Shown here: piece after piece, positions 1 through 8,963 of the stretch
How positions within the stretch are numbered: position 1 is the stretch's first letter
How the letters are laid out: every line of letters begins with the position of its first letter
Origin: Candidatus Woesearchaeota archaeon
Lineage (GTDB): Archaea; Nanobdellota; Nanobdellia; Woesearchaeales; GW2011-AR9
Length of the DNA stretch: 64,000 nt
Reading direction: 5' to 3'
NCBI GenBank assembly: GCA_018696595.1
Contig: JABHQW010000003.1
Location: forward strand, 1 to 64,000
Made by a program: the position numbers and the translations under genes
Notes under the pieces: model-generated
The model's input: the letters and a program-made list of their open reading frames with translations, nothing else
Database searches by the model: none
Told to the model about the DNA's origin: nothing

Positions 1-174
1 ATGCATCATAAGGTTTTCGTCATCGATGAAGAAACTGTTGTAACTGGATCATTTAATCCAACTGGTGGTGGAGATACTAGGAATGATGAGAATGTTCTGA
101 TTATTACTGATAAAGATATCGCTAAAGAATTTGAAGAAGAGTTTGAGAAGGTTTATGCAGAAGCTAATCAGTAA
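1..174 (+). CDS. Phospholipase D-like (HKD) domain protein, 3' part only
   Basis: Manual translation MHHKVFVIDEETVVTGSFNPT...NDENVLII; HxKxxxxD motif followed by GSxN; stop at 172-174; probably begins upstream of the window. Confidence 0.85.
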   Translation: MHHKVFVIDEETVVTGSFNPTGGGDTRNDENVLIITDKDIAKEFEEEFEKVYAEANQ

Positions 175-205
175 TCTTTAAATAACCTAAAAATCTACTT
201 CTCTT

Positions 206-1060
206 ATGAAAAGATTATTGGTTGTCTTAATTGTATTATCTTTATTTTTAGTGGGGTGTAGTGCAGAACCAACTGTTCCAAGAGAAGTTCCTTCTCTGTC
301 TGAACCTGTTCCATCTATAAGTGAACCAGTTCTAATGAATAATCAAAATAACTTCATAATTGATATTGTTGTTGATTTAGAATCTTTTAATCCTTCTGAA
401 GAAGAAATTAATGAAGTTATAGAAGTTGCAAAATTTAAATTTAAGCAATTAACTAATTTAAATCTAGAGTTAAGAAACATTCATTTCTTAGGCTCGCTTA
501 GAGAAGAAGGAAGTAATACAAACAATCCTAAGAAAATGTTTCAATATAAACAAATTCTTAATGATAAATCGGTTAATGGTGTTATTGTTTTAACAAAAGA
601 ATTTAATACTGAGGAACAAGGTGGTTTTTCTGTAGCTTATGAATTTCCTGATTACTGTAACGGATTTAAGTCTAAATATGGACAAAATAGAATCTATTAT
701 GCTTATATGGATTGGGAACACAAATATTCCATTTGTGGTTACAAAGACGGCGAACATATTTCTGACATTTCTATTGGCGGAGAATGTACTAATCAACCAG
801 GAACCCCTTGCGTATTTAATGGAGATTATTATATTTGTGAAAATGCTCAAGAAAATTTTTATTCTAACCCAGCTAACTTTATGGGGTCATTATTTGTTCA
901 TGAACTGATGCATCCGTTTGGTGAAAATGGAAAATATGATCATTATGGTATAAATAATTGTCCTGAAGTAAGTGAAACTAACTTAGAAGATGCTCAATAT
1001 TATTGTGGACTATGTCCTAATGTTTATGATAACTTTAAAGAAAGTTTTGTTGAGTGTTAA
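206..1060 (+). CDS. Secreted/lipoprotein zincin-like metallopeptidase
   Basis: Signal peptide with lipobox-like LVGC, HELMH (HExxH) motif with later His, Cys-rich C-terminus. Confidence 0.6.
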   Translation: MKRLLVVLIVLSLFLVGCSAEPTVPREVPSLSEPVPSISEPVLMNNQNNFIIDIVVDLESFNPSEEEINEVIEVAKFKFKQLTNLNLELRNIHFLGSLREEGSNTNNPKKMFQYKQILNDKSVNGVIVLTKEFNTEEQGGFSVAYEFPDYCNGFKSKYGQNRIYYAYMDWEHKYSICGYKDGEHISDISIGGECTNQPGTPCVFNGDYYICENAQENFYSNPANFMGSLFVHELMHPFGENGKYDHYGINNCPEVSETNLEDAQYYCGLCPNVYDNFKESFVEC

Positions 1061-1118
1061 TCATTTTACTCTAAACAACACAAAACTATAAAAAGAAACT
1101 TCTCATTTTACCATAAGT

Positions 1119-1287
1119 GGACCTGTGGCCCAGCCTGGATATCTGAAAAGACCAGAAAAGGCGATTCCCTCCTATTTAAAAGCAGAGCTTTTTAATCCGA
1201 CAAAAGCTTCGCATTAGTAGTAAGGAATAGATCGGGGGTTCGAAGCAGTTCTTTCAAAGAAGAATTACGAAAGTCCTCCCAGGTCCG
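1119..1287 (+). tRNA. tRNA-Arg(CCT) with three introns (1141-1157, 1175-1222, 1245-1273); CCA not encoded
   Basis: Acceptor GGACCTG/CAGGTCC, anticodon stem ATTCC/GGAAT with loop CT-CCT-A|A, T arm GGGGG-TTCGAA|T-CCTCC; removing the three BHB-bounded inserts gives a 75-nt cloverleaf. Confidence 0.92.
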
Positions 1288-1379
1288 CATTTTCAAATGA
1301 CAGTCTCAAGATCCAATGAAGAATCCTGGAGTAATTCCATTGTGGAATGATCTAAGTAGGCCGAGGATGAGTAATCTGT

Positions 1380-1694
1380 TTATTTGGAAGATGTTTTAGA
1401 ATTATTTTTAACCACTCTTTCTTCTAAAGGAATATAAAGAATTGCGCCAACTTCAATATGGCTTCTATCTTCAAGATTAGGATTAACTTGATGTAATTCT
1501 GTTGCTGTTACTCCATTAATTCTAGCAAGTTCATTAAACGTATCTCCCTCTTGGATTTCATACATCTTTATTGGGGTGTTTAATGCTGTTCTTTCATTAC
1601 CATAAATCTGTTGGTGATGTCTTTCAGGAGCACAAGCTGTCAAAGATAATCCTAAACACGTTATTCCAATATTATATGCTAATTCTCTAATCAT
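1380..1694 (-). CDS. LysM domain lipoprotein
   Basis: N-terminal hydrophobic segment ending LTAC; YEIQEGDTFNELARINGVTATELHQVNPNL...IEVGAILYIP is a typical LysM. Confidence 0.85.
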   Translation of the reverse strand: MIRELAYNIGITCLGLSLTACAPERHHQQIYGNERTALNTPIKMYEIQEGDTFNELARINGVTATELHQVNPNLEDRSHIEVGAILYIPLEERVVKNNSKTSSK

Positions 1695-1736
1695 ATTTAC
1701 TTCAGATTATGTGTTTTTTATAAAAGTTCTGAAAGA

Positions 1737-2081
1737 TTATAATTTTTCTTCTAAAGTTCCAGGCGGTAAACAGAGTGTTCCTCCCGTAGTTATAGAGGTA
1801 ATGTCTTTTAATTTAGAATTGTATTTTTCAATGTCTGAAACTTCTAAATCATACTTTATCAATAAACGATAAACTGTATTTTCTATCCCAATTTTATATT
1901 CATCAGCTTCTAGACCAGGAGTACAATAATTTGGTCCAATAAACTCAATTTTTAGCACTGATTGTGGTATAGGTTGTGGTTCTTCTAAATATTTTGGAAC
2001 ATATTCTACTGCCCAAGCTACTGTTGCTAAGAACATTAACGAACCCATGGCTCCTACTGCTTTTCTAACTAAGCCTCCCAT
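1737..2081 (-). CDS. Membrane-anchored degenerate LysM-like protein
   Basis: N-terminal TM segment; YKIGIENTVYRLLIKYDLEVSDIEKYNSKL...ITTGGTLCLP follows the LysM pattern. Confidence 0.55.
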   Translation of the reverse strand: MGGLVRKAVGAMGSLMFLATVAWAVEYVPKYLEEPQPIPQSVLKIEFIGPNYCTPGLEADEYKIGIENTVYRLLIKYDLEVSDIEKYNSKLKDITSITTGGTLCLPPGTLEEKL

Positions 2082-2158
2082 ATTTAGCTTATGGAGATTG
2101 ATTTATATAAAATTTTCTAACAAAAGTTATTTATAGCAATTACTATTTTTTAACAATT

Positions 2159-2485
2159 ATGGAAATACAAGATTTAAAAGATTTTTCAAAACGGATGCAC
2201 AAAAAGTTAGAAAGTTATTATGACTTTGATGACCCTAGGAAGTTAAATTTACCAATGACAGTAAAAATCATGGAAGAACTTGGCGAACTTTGTGATGATG
2301 TTTTAGCACATTCAGGATTACAAAGAAAAGAAAAGCTAGAAAACAAAGATATGGAAAACCTCCAAGAAGAGTTTGCTGACGTTATTCTAACAACCTGTAA
2401 CTTAGCTGAGAATATGGGTGTTGATATTGAAGAAGCTTTAAAGAAAAAAATTATGAAAGTTGATAATCGGTTTAAAGAACAATGA
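2159..2485 (+). CDS. MazG-like nucleotide pyrophosphohydrolase
   Basis: KIMEELGEL...LQEEFADV motifs. Confidence 0.85.
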   Translation: MEIQDLKDFSKRMHKKLESYYDFDDPRKLNLPMTVKIMEELGELCDDVLAHSGLQRKEKLENKDMENLQEEFADVILTTCNLAENMGVDIEEALKKKIMKVDNRFKEQ

Positions 2486-3165
2486 AATTATCTAGATTCC
2501 TAACATTAGACAACACTGAAACTTTTCTAAACAGTGAAGTGCAACAAACTTATCATTCACAGACTGGAGCAGTAGAAGAAGCTCTTAAGAAATATGCTAT
2601 TCCTTGTAAAATTGCAGAAGTAGCTAAAACTGGGACCGTAAGGATATTGGATATGTTCTTTGGTATTGGATACAATTCCGCGATGGCAATTGATGTCGCT
2701 TTAGAAAGTAACCCTGATTGTAAGATAGAAATTGTTGCTGTTGAAAATGATCCTGAGATTATCAAGAAAATCTTAGAAGTCAAACCACCAATTAAATCTT
2801 ATACTTTATACAAAGAATTAGTTAGAGGTAACGAAATTAAAGAGAATCAAAAGTTTATTTATGAGGCCAATAATATTAAGATTACTTTGTTTGTTGATGA
2901 TGCTCAAAAGGCGGCTAAGAAACTTCCTGAAAAGTATTTTGACGCTATTTTCTATGATCCCTTTTCTCCAAAAGCCCAACCGGATATGTGGACAGTAGAA
3001 TTGTTCAAAGAAATGTATCGGGTTATGAAAGATTCTGGGATTTTGGCAACTTATTCTTGTGCAAGAATTATAAGAGACAATCTTTCTAAAGCAGATTTAG
3101 TTTATGATGATGGCCCTATTATTGGTCGCAGAGGACCAGGAACAATCGCTACTAAATGGATTTAA
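2482..3165 (+). CDS. MnmC/MnmD-like SAM-dependent tRNA methyltransferase
   Basis: YHSQTGAVEE, ILDMFFGIGYN, FYDPFSPKAQPDMW, LATYSCA motifs. Confidence 0.8.
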   Translation: MKLSRFLTLDNTETFLNSEVQQTYHSQTGAVEEALKKYAIPCKIAEVAKTGTVRILDMFFGIGYNSAMAIDVALESNPDCKIEIVAVENDPEIIKKILEVKPPIKSYTLYKELVRGNEIKENQKFIYEANNIKITLFVDDAQKAAKKLPEKYFDAIFYDPFSPKAQPDMWTVELFKEMYRVMKDSGILATYSCARIIRDNLSKADLVYDDGPIIGRRGPGTIATKWI

Positions 3166-3458
3166 GAAAAGTATAATCCTTCAACCATTTTTCCTACTGC
3201 CTGAGCTGACATTGGTGAATAACATCGGAATTTTTGTAATCTTTCTTCCACCATTTCTGGGGTACATGCTTGCAAAGTGGTGTTGACTATTCCAGAACTT
3301 TCACTAATTTCAATTTCTGAATCTCTTAAAGATCCCCCTTTAATTATCAAATAAGGGGCTGCTAAAGTTGGTGGGTCATTCTTTTCTAATTTTCCCACGT
3401 GAATAGAACCTGGGACCATTGCCATTACTACTAATCCAACTAAAGAGTCATCTGCCAT
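3162..3458 (-). CDS. Hypothetical protein
   Basis: 98-aa ORF filling the gap between convergent genes; no motif. Confidence 0.5.
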   Translation of the reverse strand: MADDSLVGLVVMAMVPGSIHVGKLEKNDPPTLAAPYLIIKGGSLRDSEIEISESSGIVNTTLQACTPEMVEERLQKFRCYSPMSAQAVGKMVEGLYFS

Positions 3459-3511
3459 AATAATTTAGAATTAAATAAACTATATAAAAACTTGCAATCT
3501 CTAATATATAT

Positions 3512-3916
3512 TCAAAACAACTTATTTACAAAGAACAAGACAGTACTAGTTAACCCACAAATAAAACCACCCCAGATTATGTCCATAATTGTCATTACGA
3601 TTGGCCAATTATGTAATGTTGCTAAGTTAGTTAAATCATAAACTCCATAAACTATTAACCCAAAAATAGCTCCAAATATTGTTGCGTGCCACCATAAGTT
3701 TGCTTTAGGTAAAACAAAAATTAAGATCCCTAAAATAATCAAAGTCCATACCAATAAAGCGGAAATAATTGGTAAAGCTGTAACTGCTGCTTTTCTAGCT
3801 AAATCTCCTAATTGTGATTTATAGAATTTACCCATGATTCCAAAGATAAATATTGTGTCAATAGTTACCATAAATAAAAGCCCAGCAAAGAATAATTTTA
3901 TTTGGTTAACATCCAT
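3512..3916 (-). CDS. DUF2177-like membrane protein
   Basis: Four hydrophobic helices; YGVYDLTNLATLHNW...DIIWG signature. Confidence 0.75.
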   Translation of the reverse strand: MDVNQIKLFFAGLLFMVTIDTIFIFGIMGKFYKSQLGDLARKAAVTALPIISALLVWTLIILGILIFVLPKANLWWHATIFGAIFGLIVYGVYDLTNLATLHNWPIVMTIMDIIWGGFICGLTSTVLFFVNKLF

Positions 3917-3948
3917 CAAAGATAAGTAAAGAAAGATTGTTTATAAAT

Positions 3949-4551
3949 TTATTTATTTTTGTTTCTGCCACGTTTTTTAACAGCTTGAAATCGTTCCAAA
4001 ACAAACTTAGCGTCAGGATTAGATTTCCCATATCCTTCAAGAACTTTATCAAAGATTTCAGGATAATGTTGATAATGTTTACTTTCTAAAGCTCTATCTA
4101 AAAGAAACAAATCAACCGCTTTATCTTCAACTTTGTCAGAAAATGAGGATAACCCAAAATCAATAAACTTAATTTCTTTGTCTTTAATCATGTTAGAAGT
4201 AGTTAAATCTCCATGAATAATATCATGTGCATGTAATACTCCAATTTTTTTACCAACTTCTTCAGCAAATTGTTGATATTCGTCTCCTGCAATTAAAACA
4301 TCTCTTAATTTTTCACCGGGAACGAAGTCCATAGTTATTTGCATTCTCTTATCACAGAAATTTAACAAACCAGGGGCCGGGAATTTCATATCTTGTAATT
4401 TACTGAGAACTTTAGCTTCTCTTCTAGTTCTGAACTTACGTAAAGAATCATCGATTTGAGGTAGCCTGTAATTCTTACTAACTCTTTCCTTCATTACTTT
4501 ACTACCATCTTTGTAAACTACTGCTTCCGCTCCTTGTCCAATTTTGATCAT
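3949..4551 (-). CDS. bud32: KEOPS complex kinase Bud32
   Basis: IGQGAEA, RTRREAKVL, HGDLTTSN, FIDFGL, KAVDL, RGR C-terminus. Confidence 0.92.
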   Translation of the reverse strand: MIKIGQGAEAVVYKDGSKVMKERVSKNYRLPQIDDSLRKFRTRREAKVLSKLQDMKFPAPGLLNFCDKRMQITMDFVPGEKLRDVLIAGDEYQQFAEEVGKKIGVLHAHDIIHGDLTTSNMIKDKEIKFIDFGLSSFSDKVEDKAVDLFLLDRALESKHYQHYPEIFDKVLEGYGKSNPDAKFVLERFQAVKKRGRNKNK

Positions 4552-4619
4552 AGTACCTAGCTTATTACTTGAATTTAAAAAGATTATGTTTTTAAATGAG
4601 TAAATAATTAGCTATAATA

Positions 4620-6551
4620 ATGAAAAAGATAGAATTACTCTTACCAGCAGGGAACCAAGAAAACCTAACAGCAGCAGTAGAAAATGGTGCAGATGCAGTT
4701 TATTTAGGTATTGATAAATTCAATGCTAGAAGAAGAGCAGACAATTTTAAACTAGAAAATATCAAAGAAGTCATTGATTATTGCCATCAGAATGGAGTAA
4801 GATGTTATTGTACACTGAATATATTAATCAAGAATGAAGAAATAGAAGAATTCTTTGAAACTGTTAAAAAGTTATATCTTGCAGGAATGGATGCTGTTAT
4901 TATTCAACATATTTCTTTCTTACCAATTATCAAGAAAAACTTTCCGGGCTTGGAAGTGCATCTAAGTACACAAACTACAATTACAAATACTTATTTCTAT
5001 GATTTAATTAAAGAAGCAGATAAAGTTGTTTTGCCAAGAGAAGCTTCTAAAGATGAAATTAAAAATTTTATTAAAAAAATTAAGTTGCCAACAGAAATAT
5101 TTGTTCAAGGAGCTTTGTGTTTTTCTTATTCCGGTAAATGTTTGTTCTCTTCTTTCCTTGGTGGTCGTTCGGGCAATAGGGGGTTGTGTGCCCAACCTTG
5201 CAGAAAGAAATATAATGGCAAATATCTGTTAAGCATGAAAGATCTTTCTTTAGTTAAAGAATTGCCTAACTTAATTGAAATGGGTATTGCTTCATTAAAG
5301 ATTGAAGGCAGATTAAGAAGTGCTAAATATGTTGCTGCTTCTACTAAATTATATCGAGATGCAATTGATTCTTATTATGCTAAAAAGTTTAAGGTTGATA
5401 AAGATTTGTTTAAAGAAATGAAACTTGCTTTCAACCGAGAATTCACTTGGGGTTATTATGCTAATCTAAAAGATGTTGTTTCTCCTGAAAAACCAATGGG
5501 TCGCGGTCTTTATTTAGGTGAGATTGATCAACAGAAATTGATTAAGTTGGAAGAAGAAGTTTCTCTTGGAGATGGTTTAGGAATTTGGTTGCCAAACAAA
5601 GTTGACGGTGCAGTTCTTAGAAAGATGGAACTAGTTGATTCAAAGACTGGTGAGAAAAAGAAAGTTAATTTTGCTAAGAAAGGAGATTTAGTTAAGTTAG
5701 ATATTTTTGCTAAACCTGGAACGAAGATTTACAAAACTTCTTCTGTTGAGGAAGCAAAAGAAATTGAGTTTGTTAAAAATAAACCAATTGTTGTTAAAGG
5801 AAGGAAAGTTAAGGATATTGTTTTGCCTGATGTTAAAGAAATAAAGGGCCTTAGTACAAAAGAGGAATTATTAATTAAAGTTTATAATGTTAAAGACGGT
5901 AAAGAAGCTTTACGTTATACTGATAAAGTTTTTTATGACATTTTTGCTGAAGACTTTTCTAATAAGTTTTCTGCTTATGTTCCTCGAATCTTAAATGATC
6001 AGGATGTAGAGGAAGCAGTTAAGTTGATTGAGCAAGATAAAGTTAAAAATGTTTTAGTTGGCGATTTAGGTGTTTATGCTAAACTAAAAGGTAAAAAAGG
6101 ATTAAATATTTATCTTGATTATTCAAATAATATTTTCAATGATTTAGATTTAGAATTCTTTAATGGTTGTACTCCAATAATTTCTCCAGAACTATCTTCT
6201 GAGGAACTGAAAGAGTTTAGTACTAAAGGGTTTGCTGCTTTTGTGCACGGCAGAGTTGTAATGATGAACACTAAATACTCTTTACTTCCTAGCAAACTCA
6301 AAGACGAAAAGAAATATAGTTTCCCCGTAAGAAAGGAACATGATTATTATCAAATTCTTAATAGTAAAGAATTGGGATTATTTGAATTGGTTAATGATTT
6401 AAGAAAGATTGGAATCAAAAAATTCTTTTTAGATTTAGATGATGATGTTGATTATATGGCTAAGTTTTATTCTTCTTTATTGAAAGGAAAAGTTCTTCCT
6501 ATTAACATTCGTGGTTATACTAAAGGCCATTTTGATAAAGGAGTAGAGTGA
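4620..6551 (+). CDS. Peptidase U32 family protein (long form; probable RNA hydroxylation enzyme)
   Basis: ELLLPAG, GADAVYLG, FVQGALCFSYSGKC, NRGLCAQPCR, KIEGR motifs. Confidence 0.88.
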   Translation: MKKIELLLPAGNQENLTAAVENGADAVYLGIDKFNARRRADNFKLENIKEVIDYCHQNGVRCYCTLNILIKNEEIEEFFETVKKLYLAGMDAVIIQHISFLPIIKKNFPGLEVHLSTQTTITNTYFYDLIKEADKVVLPREASKDEIKNFIKKIKLPTEIFVQGALCFSYSGKCLFSSFLGGRSGNRGLCAQPCRKKYNGKYLLSMKDLSLVKELPNLIEMGIASLKIEGRLRSAKYVAASTKLYRDAIDSYYAKKFKVDKDLFKEMKLAFNREFTWGYYANLKDVVSPEKPMGRGLYLGEIDQQKLIKLEEEVSLGDGLGIWLPNKVDGAVLRKMELVDSKTGEKKKVNFAKKGDLVKLDIFAKPGTKIYKTSSVEEAKEIEFVKNKPIVVKGRKVKDIVLPDVKEIKGLSTKEELLIKVYNVKDGKEALRYTDKVFYDIFAEDFSNKFSAYVPRILNDQDVEEAVKLIEQDKVKNVLVGDLGVYAKLKGKKGLNIYLDYSNNIFNDLDLEFFNGCTPIISPELSSEELKEFSTKGFAAFVHGRVVMMNTKYSLLPSKLKDEKKYSFPVRKEHDYYQILNSKELGLFELVNDLRKIGIKKFFLDLDDDVDYMAKFYSSLLKGKVLPINIRGYTKGHFDKGVE

Positions 6552-6619
6552 ATTATCAAGTCTAACCTTGCTTTTAGAGAATAATAAAATATTTAAACAA
6601 TCATTCCTTCTAAACTTCA

Positions 6620-8083
6620 ATGGTATTCAGCTTCAAAGCAAGAAAACAAAGAAAATTAATAGATCTAGTTGATCAGTTATCTTCTCCTGGAGCAAAAGCA
6701 AGTGTTCTTAGTCAGTGGGTAAAAAAAAGTTTAGATGGCTTCCCAGGTGAGGACGTAAAATCTAAAAAACTATTAACACCAGAATCTCGAGAATATGTTG
6801 CTCAGTTGGCTAAAGACCATTTTACTGAGATTTCTCCTGGGTGTAGAGAAAATTTCTCTTATCTTTTAGAAGATCCTCTTATTTATATTCGAACTTGTAG
6901 TGATAAAAATGAATTTTGGCGTTTAAACTCTGTAGAAGAAAGAATTAAGAAACCAGAAGAATGGGAAGCTTTATTTGTGGCCTATTTGGACTCTGGTCAT
7001 GGGCGTTCAAATACTTATGCTTATGAATTATTACAAAAAGATAAATTACCTTTAGAAAAAGCAGCATTACTTGCAGAAGAATATGGCCATTTGAGATTTG
7101 CAGCAGAATTGTTAAAAGGAAGGTTTCCAGAGAAGGCTAAGGATCTGTATGCTAGATTAAGTGCTCAACAGGAAGCTGAAGGTATGACTGTGCTTACTTC
7201 AGACCCAGTTCCTTCTACTTGTAAAATGTTTGTAGAAGATTTAGAGGAATTAGTTGCTTCAGGAAGATTTCCTCATGTTGAAGTTTCTGATTCTCATGAA
7301 TCTGGAATTTCTTTAGACTTAAGAGTTCTTTCTCCAGAAAAGGAGAGTTATGTTAAATTTATGGAAGAAGCAGTGGAATTGGCAAGAGAAGCAGGAGATG
7401 AAGAACGGGTTACGGGGTTACATCAAAATTTAATGGGAGTGTTGAGACATCAGGGAGATTTTTTTGGTGCTGGAGTCTATGCTGAGAAATTAGGGCAAAC
7501 TGAACAAGCTATAAGTTACTTTGAAAAAGCGGAGTCTCATTATAGGGCGGGCAACTTATGTTCCCAAATGAAAGGAATGGAAGAACAAGCAATTGAAAAC
7601 TTTTCTAAAGCAGGAGACCATGTTTCATGTGGGCATATATACCGACGCCTGGGAAAAGTAGATGAAGCAATAGCTGCTTACCAAAAAGATATAGGTCATG
7701 CTCTTGAATACATAATAAGCACTTGCAAAGAGTCTGATCAATTAGAGAGAGCTCAAGGAATTGTTGGAGAATTGATATCAGACGCTCTTGATTCAGAAAG
7801 GGAAGAAGATCAGGGGACTTTAGGCTTAGCTGCTCACGCACATGGAGCTCAAGGAATTGTTGGAGGATTGATATCAGATGCTCTTGATTCAGAAAGAAAA
7901 GAATCTAAAATCTCTTTATTGAACTTAGCTGCTTATGCACATGGGGTTGAGCTTTATAGTCAAGCAATGGACATATACGAAATGAAAGGACGTCTTCCAA
8001 GCGCACAACAGTCTGCAATCTCTGCAAAAAATGAAGAAAAGGAACAATTATACACAAAACTTCTAACATTTCTGAAAATATAA
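6620..8083 (+). CDS. Hypothetical helical-repeat (TPR-like) protein
   Basis: 487-aa ORF with AIxxF/AGxH helical repeats; internal duplication. Confidence 0.6.
   Translation: MVFSFKARKQRKLIDLVDQLSSPGAKASVLSQWVKKSLDGFPGEDVKSKKLLTPESREYVAQLAKDHFTEISPGCRENFSYLLEDPLIYIRTCSDKNEFWRLNSVEERIKKPEEWEALFVAYLDSGHGRSNTYAYELLQKDKLPLEKAALLAEEYGHLRFAAELLKGRFPEKAKDLYARLSAQQEAEGMTVLTSDPVPSTCKMFVEDLEELVASGRFPHVEVSDSHESGISLDLRVLSPEKESYVKFMEEAVELAREAGDEERVTGLHQNLMGVLRHQGDFFGAGVYAEKLGQTEQAISYFEKAESHYRAGNLCSQMKGMEEQAIENFSKAGDHVSCGHIYRRLGKVDEAIAAYQKDIGHALEYIISTCKESDQLERAQGIVGELISDALDSEREEDQGTLGLAAHAHGAQGIVGGLISDALDSERKESKISLLNLAAYAHGVELYSQAMDIYEMKGRLPSAQQSAISAKNEEKEQLYTKLLTFLKI
7750..7896 (+). repeat. In-frame tandem duplication (two 51-bp units, period 96 bp)
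   Basis: agctcaaggaattgttggag...gattcagaaag at 7750-7800 and 7846-7896. Confidence 0.9.
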
Positions 8084-8095
8084 AAAAGAAAAAAA

Positions 8096-8419
8096 TTAAA
8101 TTTTACTCAAGACTTCGTCAATCTTCTGTTTCAACTGTGGTGCAGGATTGAAACCAACAATTCGATCAACTTCTTCTCCTTTGTTAAAAACAACTAAACA
8201 AGGAATTCCAGTAATATGATTTTGTTGTGCTAATTCTGGTGATTCTTCTGTAGACAGTTTAGCAAACTTTAGTTTTCCTTCAAACTCTTTACTAACTTCT
8301 TCAAATACTGGTGTTAACATTTTACATGGTCCGCACCAACTTGCCCAGAAATCTACAATCACTGGCATTTCTGATTTAACAACTTCTTGTTCAAAATTTT
8401 CTCCATTTAATTCTAACAT
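8096..8419 (-). CDS. trxA: Thioredoxin
   Basis: [11 protein letters not shown] active site, GIPCL. Confidence 0.95.
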   Translation of the reverse strand: MLELNGENFEQEVVKSEMPVIVDFWASWCGPCKMLTPVFEEVSKEFEGKLKFAKLSTEESPELAQQNHITGIPCLVVFNKGEEVDRIVGFNPAPQLKQKIDEVLSKI

Positions 8420-8476
8420 ATTAAAAACCTCCGCGTTTTTTGATACCCCAGAAATCTCTTTGATTTCTCAGGGTAT
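8420..8476 (-). repeat. Double-hairpin palindromic element in the trxA leader
   Basis: Minus strand ATACCCTG-AGAAATC-aaaga-GATTTCT-GGGGTATC-AAAAAAC-gcggag-GTTTTT; architecture resembles the lhr insertion. Confidence 0.6.
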
Positions 8477-8615
8477 TGTTTAATACCTCTGTCAATTGTA
8501 AATGCTAAGTTGAGGTAGTAATATATAAATCAAATGGTATAATGTTTGATTGTTAGAGAATTCTGCACTACTGCAAAGCAAAAGCATTATAAACCTTAAA
8601 ATATTACTTCTAGGT

Positions 8616-8963
8616 ATGGGTGTGAACTTTGTTTGTCGGATAATTACGTTGGAAGATATTCTTAGATGTTCCTTCGGTTTAAACAAGACAGAAATAGCAA
8701 TTATGAAGTTTTTATTAGAAAGAAAAGAAGAACTGACTATTGAAGAAATTATGAAAAAGATTAAACGTGACAGAACAACAATTCAAAGGGCAGTAAAAAG
8801 ACTGTTTGAGAAAGAATTAATCAAGAGAAGGCAAATAAATCTTGATAAAGGCGGTTATGTTTTTGTCTATGCTCCAAAAGCAAAATCTGAACTGAAAGAA
8901 AAAGTTTATAAAATATTTGAGTCTTTTAAGGTAGCAGTAGGAAAAGAAATCCAAAAATGGTGA
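8616..8963 (+). CDS. MarR/TrmB-like HTH transcriptional regulator
   Basis: LNKTEIAIM...LTIEEI...RDRTTIQRAVKRL..KELIKRRQ..GGYVFVY winged HTH; start moved to ATG 8616. Confidence 0.8.
   Translation: MGVNFVCRIITLEDILRCSFGLNKTEIAIMKFLLERKEELTIEEIMKKIKRDRTTIQRAVKRLFEKELIKRRQINLDKGGYVFVYAPKAKSELKEKVYKIFESFKVAVGKEIQKW

Noticed and set aside
1290-1379. C/D-box sRNA downstream of the tRNA
   Set aside because: ATGA-like and CTG/CCGA-like words occur, but box order and guide spacing do not fit
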